A stretch of 37,618 bases of DNA from a virus. Its lineage: Duplodnaviria > Caudoviricetes. The DNA lies in IMG/VR virus record IMGVR_UViG_3300020594_000163, positions 1 to 37,618 of that record. One strand, 5' to 3'. A program made the position numbers and the translations under genes. Of the stretch, positions 17,640 through 26,257 are shown piece after piece. Under the pieces are notes generated by a model that was not told the origin of the DNA, did no database searches, and saw nothing but the letters and a program-made list of their open reading frames with translations. Within the stretch, counting starts at the first letter, position 1. Every line of letters starts with the position of its first letter.

Positions 17640-17819
17640 TCATATCTCACTCCGCGCTTCATTGCGCTCAGCGTAGAAAAGTGCCCACAACTGCCTCTCA
17701 AACTCCGTGAGGAAGCCTTCTGGAATCAGGTCTGGGCGTGCTTCGAAGAGAAACTTCTGCTTCTCATTGCATAAATAGAGGTCTGACTTTATTGAGTCGT
17801 AGACCTCAAGGGCTTTTTT
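17640..17819 (-). CDS. -1 frameshift extension of the tail assembly chaperone (gpGT equivalent)
   Basis: Slippery A AAA AAG at 17813-17819; -1 frame reads ALEVYDSIKSDLYLCNEKQKFLFEARPDLIPEGFLTEFERQLWALFYAERNEARSEI*, ending 13 bp before the tape measure ATG. Confidence 0.85.
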   Translation of the reverse strand, partial: KKALEVYDSIKSDLYLCNEKQKFLFEARPDLIPEGFLTEFERQLWALFYAERNEARSEI

Positions 17820-18244
17820 TTGGCAACAACCGGCCCGTCTTGGCTCAGCTCGAAGATCTTGTCGCTAAGGGTCTGGAACTCGGCGGGGTAGAACTGCGAG
17901 AGACGGACGGCGACTTGGCGGTCGATCTTGGGCTCAACAGAGCACATGACCAGTTGTTCGATGCTGCGCCGAGTTGACTCGTGAACCCCATCAACGTCGC
18001 CGACGATCTCTTTGATCAGCTTCTGCTTGTCTTCTTCATTGCCGGCGACAGCTGCAATAGCGGTGTCCAGCAGCTTGTCGTTCTGCTTCGTCTCGCGCAT
18101 GCGGCACAGCTCAGTGTGAGTCATGCCGCGCACGGTCCATTTGGCCTCAGCTTCACCGAAAAAAGGCTGGAGGTTGGGCACGTCCACCGTGGCGGTAGCG
18201 TGCTCCATTTTTGCTTTGTTGAATGCGTTGATGTCGAAGCCCAT
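17789..18244 (-). CDS. Tail assembly chaperone (gpG equivalent)
   Basis: Between major tail and tape measure genes; ends just past the slippery site. Confidence 0.85.
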   Translation of the reverse strand: MGFDINAFNKAKMEHATATVDVPNLQPFFGEAEAKWTVRGMTHTELCRMRETKQNDKLLDTAIAAVAGNEEDKQKLIKEIVGDVDGVHESTRRSIEQLVMCSVEPKIDRQVAVRLSQFYPAEFQTLSDKIFELSQDGPVVAKKKPLRSTTQ

Positions 18245-18247
18245 GGG

Positions 18248-19210
18248 TTAGGCCTCGACGTTGATGCCGGATTTTTCCGGGGAGATCGTGAAGTCGGCTT
18301 CGACTTTGCTGCCGGCAGCGAATTTGCGGGTGCAGCCAAGGATGCCCTGCTCAAGAATATGGTTGAGCTGGTCGCGGTCAGGGAAGAAGCGGAACCACAC
18401 TTTCTGGCCGCGCAGCTTGACTAGCGGATCGCTGATGCCGTCGCTCAGGTAGGCCTTGAAGCTGGCTCCGTTCAGCGTCTTCGACGTGCTGCCTACAGTG
18501 CCTCCATAGACTTGAGTGGACGACAGGCTGTAGGACTCCTCGGATGGCTGGAAATCGGAAGCTAGGTCGATGTCCGCGAAGATCGGCTCGGCGTAAGAGG
18601 CAAACACTTTCTTGGGCTTGTTGCCGACATGAATCAGTGGCAGATCTGCGTTAAAGACAACGGCACCGGATGCTGAGTCAACGGAGTAGACCGGGCTAGT
18701 AGCGATCTCGCGGTGCAGGCCAGGGACGGAGTACAGCTCAGAAGCCTTCACAGCTGCGGCAGCGGTGGTGTTGAGGCGCACCTGTCCGACTTCAATCGAG
18801 TCAACTGGAATGAGAGCAGGGCCACCAGCCGCGCCACGGGTCTCGCTGAACGATGCACCCGAAGCACCAGGGGCGGCTTCATAGACGCCAGCGGCATTGA
18901 CGGTGATCGAGATGATGATGTTCGTGCCACCTGCTGCACGTGTCACGCTCAGCTCTGCGGCTGGAACAGTGACCTTGGCGCCGGCGAGGTTGACAGTAGC
19001 AGCGGTGACTTTCACCTTGTTCGAGCCAGTGCCAACGCTCAGCTCAGCACCGGTCAGCAGGCCGTTTGGCATAACAACAGGGGCGAAGCCGGTGACGCCA
19101 GAGAACTGGTCGGCTTGGCTGGTGAACGTCTTGTTGTCGCCGGAGTTGTCGAGTTCGGACATCGGGAACGCGTTCTGTCCAGACTCATATTGCAGCAGTT
19201 GATTATCCAT
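18248..19210 (-). CDS. Major tail tube protein
   Basis: 320 aa, position upstream of chaperone and tape measure, strongly biased codon use. Confidence 0.75.
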   Translation of the reverse strand: MDNQLLQYESGQNAFPMSELDNSGDNKTFTSQADQFSGVTGFAPVVMPNGLLTGAELSVGTGSNKVKVTAATVNLAGAKVTVPAAELSVTRAAGGTNIIISITVNAAGVYEAAPGASGASFSETRGAAGGPALIPVDSIEVGQVRLNTTAAAAVKASELYSVPGLHREIATSPVYSVDSASGAVVFNADLPLIHVGNKPKKVFASYAEPIFADIDLASDFQPSEESYSLSSTQVYGGTVGSTSKTLNGASFKAYLSDGISDPLVKLRGQKVWFRFFPDRDQLNHILEQGILGCTRKFAAGSKVEADFTISPEKSGINVEA

Positions 19211-19249
19211 AATCGAATTACTTCCTAGTTTTGATCAAAACAAATGTTG

Positions 19250-19285
19250 TGCGTTAATTATAAATACGTTACCTCTCTTTGTATA
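19250..19285 (-). promoter_or_regulatory. Internal promoter for the major tail gene
   Basis: TATACA-17 bp-TATAAT followed by TAACGCA. Confidence 0.55.
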
Positions 19286-19370
19286 TATTAAAGCGTAAAG
19301 TAAATGCCGTATGGCAATGAGCCACTCGTGCTGGCATTATCTGGAGCCAGACCATTGGCATGGAGCGCTT

Positions 19371-20258
19371 ATGAAGAAGGCAGTTCTGGTTCTTGTAGTT
19401 TCTTCCATTGCGATTACCGCTTGTTCGAGCACTACTCGGCAAGAGAGATTGAGACAGCAGGTCGATCAGAATTTTGCGGATTACAAAGTAAACTTGGTGA
19501 ATAGCTGCTCGTACCAGGGTAAAGGAGTGGAAGTAGCAGACTACAAGCCTTACTTTGACAATGATTCTGTCAAGAAATCAGAGTACGAAACTCAGGCTCA
19601 GTACGCAGCAAGACTGAAAGCAAAGGTTCCTGAGTACATAACATTCCGGGCAAAAGCGGGCTACATGCAGTACAACGCAGAGACCGGGATAATGCGTGTT
19701 ACTGTCACGAGCTATGGCGCTCCTCAAGGTCAGCAGAATAACGAATTGACGGAGCAATTAAGCAAAGAAGCCGCCAATCCCATAGCGTCTTTCACTCTGA
19801 ATCCGTACGGAAGAAGTTATCCGAGAGTATTTATTGGCAGTGAAATCCCATATAGCGCACAACTAATGGGTGAAACAGCGTGGGGATATCAGAAAGAGTA
19901 CACTGCTGCGAGATCGGATGAGTATTACGTTTCACTTGGTATGCTTGATTCGAAAAAGTCATCAGTTGATCAGATCAACTACTACGCCGAAATCCCGATG
20001 ACCGGGTTTGAAGCACAAAGTGTAAAAGATAGCCTGGAGATTGAATTTACGATCAGAACAGTGGCGCCGTATCTGCTTTCGTTCAGAAAAGGTGCATCCA
20101 CGCCAACAATCTCTGATCCGTATGCAATCGCTCGTTTCCAGCACACTTTCGTTGGCGACTACTGCACAAGCACTTTCATCGATGCCAAAACAGGCAAGCA
20201 GTACAACGTGCCGCTGAAGGTTGATCTCCCGAAGCCCGACTACAGCTTCATACGATGA
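19371..20258 (+). CDS. Lipoprotein moron, inverted within the tail operon
   Basis: GGAG RBS; MKKAVLVLVVSSIAITAC lipobox; 3' end overlaps the convergent gene by 11 bp. Confidence 0.8.
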   Translation: MKKAVLVLVVSSIAITACSSTTRQERLRQQVDQNFADYKVNLVNSCSYQGKGVEVADYKPYFDNDSVKKSEYETQAQYAARLKAKVPEYITFRAKAGYMQYNAETGIMRVTVTSYGAPQGQQNNELTEQLSKEAANPIASFTLNPYGRSYPRVFIGSEIPYSAQLMGETAWGYQKEYTAARSDEYYVSLGMLDSKKSSVDQINYYAEIPMTGFEAQSVKDSLEIEFTIRTVAPYLLSFRKGASTPTISDPYAIARFQHTFVGDYCTSTFIDAKTGKQYNVPLKVDLPKPDYSFIR

Positions 20259-20730
20259 GCGAGAAGGGGTGCCGCGCATCAACTCGGTAGCGCACGGCCA
20301 GGGTCAGCACCGACCCACAGTACGGTGACTGACCTTCCCCAACGGCAGGGATAACGCTTCTTACGACGAGGCTTTCTACTTTCCCGCCAAGCTTTGGGCT
20401 GATCTTCTCGGGCTGCCCAGGCTCTCTGCTGAGCGCAACGCGTGTATCTGCTGTCAGCTGGTTGGCCTTGTCAGTCAGCGGCATGTCACGGTGCCGATCA
20501 TAGAACTCAACCAGAACCTCCAGCTCCCGTAGCTCAACGTAGCCGGTCGTTTCGATCAACTGGTCGCCCGTTGACCAGTAATTGATGGCCGGCAGATCCT
20601 TTCCGTTGAACGGAGTAAGGCTGGCACGCACGACGCGCACGTCATCAGTGAAAAAGCCATTCCTAGTGTTGATCTGCTTCAGGCGGGCTTCGATAAGGTT
20701 GAGTATTTGTGTCTCTACGGGCGTGTTCAT
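20248..20730 (-). CDS. Tail terminator protein
   Basis: IL..I.ARLKQI...NGF.TD..V.R and DLPAI pattern; position. Confidence 0.75.
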   Translation of the reverse strand: MNTPVETQILNLIEARLKQINTRNGFFTDDVRVVRASLTPFNGKDLPAINYWSTGDQLIETTGYVELRELEVLVEFYDRHRDMPLTDKANQLTADTRVALSREPGQPEKISPKLGGKVESLVVRSVIPAVGEGQSPYCGSVLTLAVRYRVDARHPFSLIV

Positions 20731-21311
20731 TCGAATCTGAGTCCTTTCAGTCTGGATAGAAGAGTGGGGATTTCCTTCGCGGCAGTTTCTTCGAAGCCCA
20801 GGCGGGCCGGCAGCTTCACTTCTTTCACGAGCCAGAACATCGCCTTGCCGCCTTCAATGACTGCGAATCGAGCTTTCCCGGCATTCTTGATCTGCACGAT
20901 GTAGCCACCAGCCGCAAACACGTCACGGGCAGAACGGCGCATCACGCCAGCTGGAGTCTGGTTCGCTTGGGAAGGGATGTTGAGGTACGGGCCACCAGGT
21001 AGCTTTCTGTAAGCCCGTTTCGCACGGATCGTTCCGCCAGTCTCATGGATCGGGGCATACGAAGACGTGGTGTACGTCGATGAGCCGATGTTTCCGAGAG
21101 ACGTGCCGAACGTACTGAACCGCCATGATCTGCCGAGTTCGCCAGTCCTGGAGTGCAATGGGCCGTTCATTGAGCGCTGAGTCATTTGCTTTTGAACAGA
21201 CATGGCAGTCTCGGCAAAAATCCCCTTTGCGCTCGATGCCATGTTTTCTGGTAGTTCGTTGATAAAGCTCAGGGCTTCATTGAGCCCAATCATTTTAATA
21301 GTTTCTGCCAT
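20727..21311 (-). CDS. Tail completion / virion morphogenesis protein
   Basis: RTGELGRSW, YAPIHETGGTI, LPARLGF motifs; ATGA overlap with the tail terminator gene. Confidence 0.72.
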   Translation of the reverse strand: MAETIKMIGLNEALSFINELPENMASSAKGIFAETAMSVQKQMTQRSMNGPLHSRTGELGRSWRFSTFGTSLGNIGSSTYTTSSYAPIHETGGTIRAKRAYRKLPGGPYLNIPSQANQTPAGVMRRSARDVFAAGGYIVQIKNAGKARFAVIEGGKAMFWLVKEVKLPARLGFEETAAKEIPTLLSRLKGLRFE

Positions 21312-21397
21312 ACATAATTTCCAGTACGGCAATGTTACGTTATTTGCTGAGTAAAATATACAAATATATGGCTATGCTTGTAAAAATAATAAAATAC

Positions 21398-21412
21398 TAT
21401 GTTATAATAAAA
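21398..21412 (+). promoter_or_regulatory. Extended -10 promoter, copy 2 of TATGTTATAATAAAA
   Basis: Identical to 4526-4540; AAGGAG RBS follows. Confidence 0.7.
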
Positions 21413-21435
21413 TTATAATTAAGGAGATTGAATGT

Positions 21436-21795
21436 ATGTGGAATTTCAAAACAAAACAGGAGGCTTACAGCTCTATCGAGGATTTCATAGAAAGCAATAA
21501 AGGCGAAAGGTTCGTTGTTGGCTTCTATGAGACAAATGATAAGGGCGGCGGTGCGTTCGTTGATAGAAAACGGATATCTGGACGCATCTACCGGCCAGAA
21601 AACATGCGTTCACCGGTCTGGATATTCTGCGTACGGGAGGATAACGGCAGAGCGACGTCGAGGATCGAAAGCACTAGGGCTCTGGTTCGGTCAGAGATTG
21701 AGGCCATGAAGTGCGTCCTGCGCGCCGTGGGTATGCTCGTAGAGCAAGAGGTGGTCTGCAACTCGCGGGCCGAGATCAACAGCGTTGCAGCCTGA
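21436..21795 (+). CDS. Hypothetical protein, 119 aa (moron)
   Basis: Own promoter and RBS; opposite to the late genes. Confidence 0.75.
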   Translation: MWNFKTKQEAYSSIEDFIESNKGERFVVGFYETNDKGGGAFVDRKRISGRIYRPENMRSPVWIFCVREDNGRATSRIESTRALVRSEIEAMKCVLRAVGMLVEQEVVCNSRAEINSVAA

Positions 21796-21927
21796 AGACC
21801 CGCAACCCGCTAACGCAGAAGGGGGCCAGCGTTTGGTAGGTCTGCTACCCGCTGGTTGTCTTCAGCGAAGCTGGTAGAATCAGTCTGACATCAGGCAGGC
21901 ACGGCCCGCATCAAGGACTGATTTTCG

Positions 21928-23817
21928 ATGAATTTGATTAAGCAAGTAGAAGTAGCGTACTTTAGGTCTATTTATAAAGATCAGCTTACCAATTGCTCAG
22001 GCACAAATATTATTTTTGGTAGGAACGATGCCGGCAAGAGCAATTTTCTTCGAGCGTTAAATCTCTTCTTTAATAACGAGACAAACCCGAATCAGGTTTT
22101 TAGGTTTGAGAGGGATTTTTCCCACACTCGCCAAGCTGAAGCTACGCCTGACAAAGATATCAAAAAGTTTGTATATGTAAAGGTTTGGTTCAAAACGCCA
22201 GAAAACTGGCAAGCGTCGCTGGGCGAATCGTTTTGGGTTAAAAAGCAATGGAGCATCACAAACCAGGAAACCCCAAAATTTTATTCTTCTATTGATGAAG
22301 CTAGACTGCAACAGTATCTGACAAGATTTCTCAATAAGATTCAGTTTCACTATATCCCAGCTATCAAAGACAGAAAGATCTTTGAAAGACTCCAGGCAGA
22401 GATTTACAAGGTGATTTCCGAACATGATGAGTTTTCGGGCTCTTTGAGGAATTTCACTGACGCACTTAGAAATAGAACCGAACAGTTAACTAATGGTTTG
22501 TTAGCTTCGCTCGGTATAAACAGCGCGGTATCTACACCGCGTGATCTTACGGACCTGTTCAGGTCGCTTGACTTTGAGGTCAGATCAGAAGAAGGCGACA
22601 CATATAGCCTGACGCTACAGCGGGGCGATGGTGTTCAGGTTCGCCATATTCCTCAGATTCTGTCTTTCCTTTCTGATAACGGCTCGAAGGAATACCATAT
22701 ATGGGGCTTCGAGGAGCCAGAGAACTCCCTTGAGCTAGCGAATGCGATTGAAGAGTCCAAGACTTTTCTCGCTATCGGTAACTCAAGAAATAAGCAGGTA
22801 TTCTTGACTAGCCATAGCCCAGCCTTCTTTTCGCTAAAGAATGAGGGCGTAAGCAGATACTTTGTGTCTCGTAGCCATGAGAGTCAAGGTCGCTTAAATT
22901 CAACAGTTCAAGAACTTCGGAGAGACTCTAAGCACCTGCCGAGCGAGTTGATGGGCGAGACTCCACATCTACCCGTGATCAGCAGTTATTTAGAGGAAGC
23001 ACATGCGGAGATTCAGCAATCAAAAGCTGACAAACAAGCTCTAGAACGAGAGCTTGCAGAGCGTAATACGTCAATTGTTTTTGTCGAGGGCGTTACTGAC
23101 GGCGCCGTCTTCAAAAAAGCTTGGGAAATATTTATTGGCGAAGAAATGCCGTTCAGTTTTGTTTCCGGCGGCGGAACTACAAAGATGCAGGCCTTATCAA
23201 GAAATGGAAAAGTGCTGGGAGCACTAGCGCCGGGACGTGCGGTTTTTGCCCTTGTTGACAATGATAAAGAGGGGCGCGAACTGTACGTCAATGGAAAGCT
23301 TGCCGATGGTGGTAGGTGGCTGCAAGATAACTCAAACGGTGTTTATTGGTGCAGGTTGCCATTTCTCGACGAATTAAAGCAGCTGATGTTGCATTGTAAT
23401 GTTGATAAAGCTGCTTGGCCGGGATGCCTGGAAAATATGTTCACCGCTGAGGTTAAGCATAGAGCTGTCGAATCAGGGGCATTAATACTTACTAAAAAGC
23501 CCCACGAAGAATTTTTGGGTGAGCACTTCATAAAAATTGCTGACTACATTGCCAGCCGTGAAGATCATCTTGAATATCATGTTCTTTGCGCGGTCCCGGC
23601 AAGCAAGGATACCTTCGCAGAGTGGGTAGTTGAACAAGCAGACCAAACCCCTGAAATTCTTGAGCCGTTGCGAAGAACGATAGAGGGCTTGCGGGATGTA
23701 TTGGACCGGATTGCTGCCGAAGCTGCCCAGGCACCTGCACCTGCACCTGCACCTGCTCAGGCTGCTGCACAGGCACCTGCTCAGGCTCAGGCTCCCAATC
23801 AGGCAGCAGCGGTTTAA
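21928..23817 (+). CDS. OLD-family-like ABC ATPase-TOPRIM nuclease, probable anti-phage protein
   Basis: Walker A GRNDAGKS, signature-like GDGVQ, Walker B/D-loop GFEEPENSL, H-loop TSHSP, TOPRIM VFVEGVTD...GG...DND. Confidence 0.85.
   Translation: MNLIKQVEVAYFRSIYKDQLTNCSGTNIIFGRNDAGKSNFLRALNLFFNNETNPNQVFRFERDFSHTRQAEATPDKDIKKFVYVKVWFKTPENWQASLGESFWVKKQWSITNQETPKFYSSIDEARLQQYLTRFLNKIQFHYIPAIKDRKIFERLQAEIYKVISEHDEFSGSLRNFTDALRNRTEQLTNGLLASLGINSAVSTPRDLTDLFRSLDFEVRSEEGDTYSLTLQRGDGVQVRHIPQILSFLSDNGSKEYHIWGFEEPENSLELANAIEESKTFLAIGNSRNKQVFLTSHSPAFFSLKNEGVSRYFVSRSHESQGRLNSTVQELRRDSKHLPSELMGETPHLPVISSYLEEAHAEIQQSKADKQALERELAERNTSIVFVEGVTDGAVFKKAWEIFIGEEMPFSFVSGGGTTKMQALSRNGKVLGALAPGRAVFALVDNDKEGRELYVNGKLADGGRWLQDNSNGVYWCRLPFLDELKQLMLHCNVDKAAWPGCLENMFTAEVKHRAVESGALILTKKPHEEFLGEHFIKIADYIASREDHLEYHVLCAVPASKDTFAEWVVEQADQTPEILEPLRRTIEGLRDVLDRIAAEAAQAPAPAPAPAQAAAQAPAQAQAPNQAAAV
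23725..23808 (+). repeat. Degenerate hexamer tandem repeat encoding an AP/AQ tail
   Basis: (GCACCT)x4 at 23731-23754 with GCTCAG, GCACAG and GCCCAG variants. Confidence 0.85.
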
Positions 23818-24203
23818 ATCAACTCGAAATGGACGAGATCTAGGAAGCGCTCGTCCTTCGACTTGCCGTTGCTGTTCCAGTCGCCACCCCATCGCACAGC
23901 GATGCCTATGCTGTCGGCTACTGCCTGGACGTACCCAGCAAGCCTGGCGAACGCTAAGGAGTCGTTCCAATCTACTGGATATGGGGCAATATCGACGGCT
24001 TGTGACGGCAGCGAGTTGTGCTTCCCTTCCGGCCACTTAAGCTTCGACTTCCCCTCTCTGAATGCCTTCTCTTGGGCCTCCTGGCCTCGATGACCCTCCA
24101 GCACCACGAAGTCCTCGTACTTGATGACCTCGTTCAGAAGGGTCTGAAGCTTGGGGTGACACGTCGCCAGTCGATCTAGACTAGTCTTTGAAAATGCAGG
24201 CAT
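23814..24203 (-). CDS. Endolysin, M15-family zinc peptidase (L-Ala-D-Glu type)
   Basis: EGHR, GKH...AVD, RWGGDW, DLVHFEL. Confidence 0.9.
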   Translation of the reverse strand: MPAFSKTSLDRLATCHPKLQTLLNEVIKYEDFVVLEGHRGQEAQEKAFREGKSKLKWPEGKHNSLPSQAVDIAPYPVDWNDSLAFARLAGYVQAVADSIGIAVRWGGDWNSNGKSKDERFLDLVHFELI

Positions 24204-24204
24204 A

Positions 24205-24561
24205 TCAATCTCCTTTTGGCCTGTTAATGGGTGCCTTTCCCGGCACCTTGTTTGTTTCTTGCAGCTCGCTGAGAGCGATCCTTCCGACGAGCCCGAACAA
24301 GGCGAGCAAGGCGGAGATAATCAGCGCCCCGGTCACTTTCTCGACGATCCGCTTCCGGCGCTCACGTCGTTCCCGCATCTCCTCCGCCATTTCCTTGATC
24401 AACGGGGCATACGGCAGCAGTTCATCCAGCGCCTTGTGGTGTGCAGCGTGTTTCTCTTCCCAGTCAGCCTGCCGGCTACCAAGTACCTCGCCCAACTCCC
24501 TGGCCAACTGCTTGTAGTCGATGCCGCCATGGGATCGTTCTGGTGTCTCGAACATCATCAC
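24205..24561 (-). CDS. Single-TM membrane protein, holin/antiholin candidate
   Basis: Arg-rich stretch then GALIISALLALFGLVG; directly upstream of the endolysin. Confidence 0.55.
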   Translation of the reverse strand: MMMFETPERSHGGIDYKQLARELGEVLGSRQADWEEKHAAHHKALDELLPYAPLIKEMAEEMRERRERRKRIVEKVTGALIISALLALFGLVGRIALSELQETNKVPGKAPINRPKGD

Positions 24562-25076
24562 CAGCCTCCCAGCGCGTAGTTACGGTACGGAGCGAGCAGA
24601 CGAACGACTTCTTTCAGCAGCGTGACCTGGCCCTGGTACTGCACAGACCCGCCATCGGTGTTCACCGCAGTAGCACCGATCTGGTCCTTTCGCTGGTACT
24701 CGTGACACGCCTGCAACACCGCAGCCCGCTTCACATCAGCCGGCAGCTCATCGAGTCCACCGCGATACACGACCTTGAAGCTGCCCTCCAGGTGCTCACG
24801 AAACGAGATCCGATCACCACGCGCACGCCAATTCAGGACCTGGGATTTGCCATCAATGACTACGGATTTCACGGAAGCCAATGGCAGGGCACGGAGCGGG
24901 ATGTCGTGGCCGTCGATGTAGCCCGTTTCGGTGTACTCGTCGAACTCGAAGCTCCGCTGGCAGTAGTTCTCAAGCGCGGCATGCACCTGCTCCAGGATTA
25001 CAGCCAGCTCTGGGTACTTGTCTTCGGTCTTTTCGATGTCGAGCAAGGCCCTCACGTCGTTAAATTCAACGATCAT
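24558..25076 (-). CDS. Head-tail adaptor (head completion protein)
   Basis: ENYCQRSF, Y.GG...LPADVKRA, LL..V..LLAPYR; follows the capsid gene. Confidence 0.8.
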   Translation of the reverse strand: MIVEFNDVRALLDIEKTEDKYPELAVILEQVHAALENYCQRSFEFDEYTETGYIDGHDIPLRALPLASVKSVVIDGKSQVLNWRARGDRISFREHLEGSFKVVYRGGLDELPADVKRAAVLQACHEYQRKDQIGATAVNTDGGSVQYQGQVTLLKEVVRLLAPYRNYALGGW

Positions 25077-25091
25077 TTGTCTTCATCCTTG

Positions 25092-25117
25092 AAGAAAACC
25101 CCGGCAGGGCCGGGGCT
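25092..25117 (-). terminator. Intrinsic terminator after the major capsid gene
   Basis: CCCCGGC-CCT-GCCGGGG followed by TTTTCTT. Confidence 0.85.
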
Positions 25118-25124
25118 CTTGGCC

Positions 25125-26237
25125 TTACTTCACTTTCACTGGAACGAAAGCTTCTGGCTGGGTCACGCCGGCAGCGTGGCGAGCCTTCAACAAGAAGCCA
25201 GCAGTGTCGGAAGTGTCGTAGTTGCCGCCATTCAGACGCTTCACCGCCATGCCTTCTCGGTCGTAGATCTCGTAGTGCTTCAGATCGCAGATAACGATAG
25301 GGAACTTGCCGGTAGCGATGTCATCCAGATCTTCGGCAGTCACGATGCGGATGCCGTCGAAGTAACTGACTTCACCCTGAGTAGTCATCAGCTTGCGGCC
25401 ATCCGCGTCACGGAGAGAATCCAGGTACGACTCGGTCTGGCTGTTGCACAGCAACACAGCACGACGACGGTACTGCTTGCGCAGCTTGTAGAAAGCCTTC
25501 TTGATCAGCGCGATGGCGTCGGCATGTGTAGCACCCAGCACCCCAACCTCGGCAGAAGTGACGGCGTTGGCTTTGGTTTCAGCAGAAACAATGCCAAGGG
25601 GCTCATTGATTCCGGTGCCGACCGAGAAGGCGCGACCTTCTTCTTCTGCCAGGGACTCGGAGAAGAGATCGATCAGCTTCGACACTAGGTCATATGCGCT
25701 GTCATTCAGGCTGTCGTTCGGGATGACGACCAGGGATTTTGCGGTATGAACGTCCAGGGTTTGAGCGCCGGCAGTCAGTTCCTCTTCGGTCGGAGTGACA
25801 TTGCCATAGCCGGTTTTCGGACGGCTCAGAGACGGCAGGAACACGCGGTTGCGACCTGTACGGCCAACTGATGCCAGGGGGCGGATTTCGTTGAGAATGT
25901 AGGCTTTCGACTTGATCTCTTTCGACATGTCGGCAGGAAGGAACACTGCGCCTTCTTCGTCGGTAGCACCGCTCAGGGTACGCAGCTCGCCGATATCGCC
26001 AACACGAGCGTACTGAATGAATGCAGCGGCACGCTTCTCCAGCTCCACGTCATTCGCAGCAGCAGGCAGTCCGCCTGGGCGGTTCAGCTTGACGGTCACG
26101 TCATCCAGGGCAACGCGCAGCTCGACAATCTCTTGCTTCAGCGCAGCAGTTTGCTCATTGCTTTCCTGTCCGCGAGCACGCAGCTCGGCTTCAGCGTTTT
26201 TGATCGATGCCAGCAGTTCTATTAGTTGTTCTTCCAT
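25125..26237 (-). CDS. Major capsid protein, HK97 family
   Basis: N-terminal coiled-coil delta domain, G.VFLP, GTG.NEPLGI, C-terminal P.AF. Confidence 0.92.
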   Translation of the reverse strand: MEEQLIELLASIKNAEAELRARGQESNEQTAALKQEIVELRVALDDVTVKLNRPGGLPAAANDVELEKRAAAFIQYARVGDIGELRTLSGATDEEGAVFLPADMSKEIKSKAYILNEIRPLASVGRTGRNRVFLPSLSRPKTGYGNVTPTEEELTAGAQTLDVHTAKSLVVIPNDSLNDSAYDLVSKLIDLFSESLAEEEGRAFSVGTGINEPLGIVSAETKANAVTSAEVGVLGATHADAIALIKKAFYKLRKQYRRRAVLLCNSQTESYLDSLRDADGRKLMTTQGEVSYFDGIRIVTAEDLDDIATGKFPIVICDLKHYEIYDREGMAVKRLNGGNYDTSDTAGFLLKARHAAGVTQPEAFVPVKVK

Positions 26238-26257
26238 GATTTAAATATCTCGTAAAT

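Noticed and set aside
17627-17701. N-terminal extension of the tape measure in the ORF track
   Set aside because: Overlaps the frameshifted chaperone; ATG 17626 has the RBS
13331-19228. Many 100-200 aa plus-strand ORFs over the tail genes
   Set aside because: Antisense or alternative-frame shadows of well-supported minus-strand genes
23725-23808. CRISPR-like array
   Set aside because: In-frame hexamer microsatellite with no spacers; no CRISPR array or cas gene seen in the window
21792-23817. Retron or Gabija system
   Set aside because: No reverse transcriptase or UvrD-like helicase beside the nuclease
24441-25688. 415-aa plus-strand ORF
   Set aside because: Antisense shadow of the capsid and adaptor genes caused by codon bias; no RBS or motifs
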